Below, in pieces: positions 62,034 to 64,000 of a DNA stretch of 64,000 nt (the stretch's first letter is position 1; the number at the start of each line of letters is the position of its first letter). Location: positions 736,001 to 800,000 of the forward strand of contig CBDBCZ010000019.1 of assembly GCA_965203295.1 (NCBI GenBank), read 5' to 3'. Position numbers and translations under genes: made by a program. Source of the stretch: Nitrospirales bacterium (lineage in GTDB: Bacteria > Nitrospirota > Nitrospiria > Nitrospirales > UBA8639). The notes beneath the pieces were generated by a model. That model had not been told where the DNA came from, ran no database searches, and saw only the letters and a list, made by a program, of their open reading frames with translations.

Positions 62034-63416
62034 ATGAGCACTGCAACAAAAATCGATACGACATTCAGCGACTATAAAGTCGCTGATATCAGTCTTGCTG
62101 ACTGGGGCCGAAAAGAACTTGAAATTGCCGAAACGGAAATGCCTGCCTTAATGGCTCTCCGTGAAAAGTATCGCAATCTGCAGCCATTAAAAGGTGCCAG
62201 AATTATTGGCTGCATTCATATGACCATTCAGACCAGTATTTTGATCGAAACGCTGATCGAACTTGGTGCACAAGTTCGCTGGTCCTCCTGTAACATTTTT
62301 TCAACCCAGGATCATGCTGCTGCTGCAATCGCGGCAAGGGGCGTTCCCGTGTTTGCCTGGAAGGGGGAGACTCTAGAAGAGTACGAGTGGTGTATCGAGC
62401 AAACCATCTTGAAAGATGGGCAACCCTGGGATGCCAATATGGTATTGGACGATGGGGGAGATTTGACGCTGATGCTTCATGAAAAGTTCCCGGCCATGCT
62501 GGACCGAATTCATGGTATCACCGAAGAAACGACCACAGGAGTTCATCGCCTTCAGGAGAGACTGGAAAAAGGCACGCTGAGAGTTCCTGCCATCAATGTC
62601 AATGACTCCGTGACCAAATCAAAAAACGACAACAAGTACGGTTGCCGTCACAGTTTGAATGACGCCATTAAACGGGGCACTGACCATCTTCTGTCGGGAA
62701 AAAAGGCTTTGGTAATCGGTTATGGCGATGTGGGTAAAGGCTCAGCTCAATCATTGCGCCAGGAAGGGATGATTGTGAAGGTATCGGAAATCGATCCAAT
62801 CTGTGCCATGCAGGCATGTATGGATGGGTTTGAAGTAGTGTCTTCCTACAATGCCGGTATCAATACTGGCAAAGTAGAGGACATTAACAAGGATCTCCTC
62901 TCCAACACGGATTTGGTGGTAACGGCCACTGGCAATTTTAATGTCTGCGATTCCGGGATGTTGGAATCCCTAAAGTGCGGGGCCGTGGTCTGTAATATTG
63001 GTCACTTCGATAATGAAATCGATACCGCCTATATGCGTAAGAACTGGGAGTGGGAAGAAGTGAAGCCCCAGGTGCACAAAGTGTATCGGGACAGAACCAG
63101 AAACAACCACCTTCTTCTCCTATCCGAAGGACGTTTGGTGAATTTGGGAAATGCCACTGGCCATCCGTCCCGTATTATGGATGGTTCATTTGCCAACCAA
63201 GTCCTCGCCCAGATTTACCTGTATGAACGTAAATTTGCTGATCAGAACCATGCAGAAGTGACCCTTCAAGTCTTGCCGAAACAACTCGACGAAGAAGTGG
63301 CTAGCTACATGGTACGTGGTTTTGGTGGCATCATTACGAAACTCACGAAGACTCAGGCAGAATATATCAACGTGTCTATGGACGGCCCATTTAAAGTAGA
63401 CAGCTACAAGTATTGA
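62034..63416 (+). CDS. ahcY: Adenosylhomocysteinase
   Basis: [43 protein letters not shown]. Confidence 0.97.
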   Translation: MSTATKIDTTFSDYKVADISLADWGRKELEIAETEMPALMALREKYRNLQPLKGARIIGCIHMTIQTSILIETLIELGAQVRWSSCNIFSTQDHAAAAIAARGVPVFAWKGETLEEYEWCIEQTILKDGQPWDANMVLDDGGDLTLMLHEKFPAMLDRIHGITEETTTGVHRLQERLEKGTLRVPAINVNDSVTKSKNDNKYGCRHSLNDAIKRGTDHLLSGKKALVIGYGDVGKGSAQSLRQEGMIVKVSEIDPICAMQACMDGFEVVSSYNAGINTGKVEDINKDLLSNTDLVVTATGNFNVCDSGMLESLKCGAVVCNIGHFDNEIDTAYMRKNWEWEEVKPQVHKVYRDRTRNNHLLLLSEGRLVNLGNATGHPSRIMDGSFANQVLAQIYLYERKFADQNHAEVTLQVLPKQLDEEVASYMVRGFGGIITKLTKTQAEYINVSMDGPFKVDSYKY

Positions 63417-63909
63417 TTTGTCACCAGTGTGGTGATGTTCTCTCTAAAAAAACCTGCTTCAGTAAATAGGCAGCTCCGTGGTTTAAGCCTTACGTTGTGC
63501 ATCTGAAACGATTTTTGGCGGGATTTCTTAGTAGCCAATAGCTGTGGGATTCAAAGATCTCCTGCCATTGGCGCTGCTGAAAGTTTATCCTTGCTTATTC
63601 AACCCTTCCTGTTCTCTCAGAATTCCATCGCATCAATACGTAATATTGAGTATACTCGTACGTTAAGCATATGCGATTTATCCAACCAAAATGGCAGAAT
63701 TTCAAAGCTCCGAAAAGAAAATGGTCATGATCCATGGATTATTTTGGTTGCGAAATCGCACTTTATTCACATCATGGCTTATAAGTTATGAAGAGAGCTT
63801 GGGTAATGGTTGAGGAAAAGTTTAGGAAATGAGGGTCGTAGCTTGGCGCATGCTCAGAATTTTTTGAAAGACTTTGGCTCTTTTTTCTTGGTACGAGTTC
63901 GCAGTATCA

Positions 63910-63939
63910 TTGACAAAAAATAGAGGAGAACTATATACT
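63910..63939 (+). promoter_or_regulatory. Sigma70-type promoter for a gene beyond the window
   Basis: TTGACA-18 bp-TATACT. Confidence 0.55.
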
Positions 63940-64000
63940 TAGACTCAGTTTTTCCAATTTATATCTAAAGAAGCCTTTTGGTTCAAATGGCCCATGTCGG

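Overview
A 64 kb bacterial chromosomal segment, probably from Nitrospirota (Nitrospirales-like). This assignment is inferred from gene content and order, not from a database search. Housekeeping genes are intact: hslV (partial), xerC, trmFO, cysQ, dapF, polA, xth, glnS, metF, der, metK and ahcY. About 16 accessory genes are degraded by nonsense mutations, frameshifts, short tandem duplications, deletions and one intragenic block swap. The most notable elements are: (1) four dispersed copies of a ~190-200 bp structured repeat with compensatory base changes, two of which flank an orphan PIN-like gene with integron-cassette-like ends in inverted orientation; (2) a translationally coupled three-gene operon (USP-USP-rubredoxin protein, radical SAM/SPASM enzyme, CopD-like membrane protein) whose two soluble proteins share four PCP_red-like helical modules, divergent from metK-ahcY; (3) a metK leader with mutually exclusive helices, one covering the Shine-Dalgarno sequence, a candidate unannotated SAM-responsive switch; (4) small genes missed by the ORF track (a Fic antitoxin-like protein and a Lys-rich micro-protein); (5) an IS5-type MITE with a 4-bp target duplication. 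No tRNA, rRNA or CRISPR array was found.
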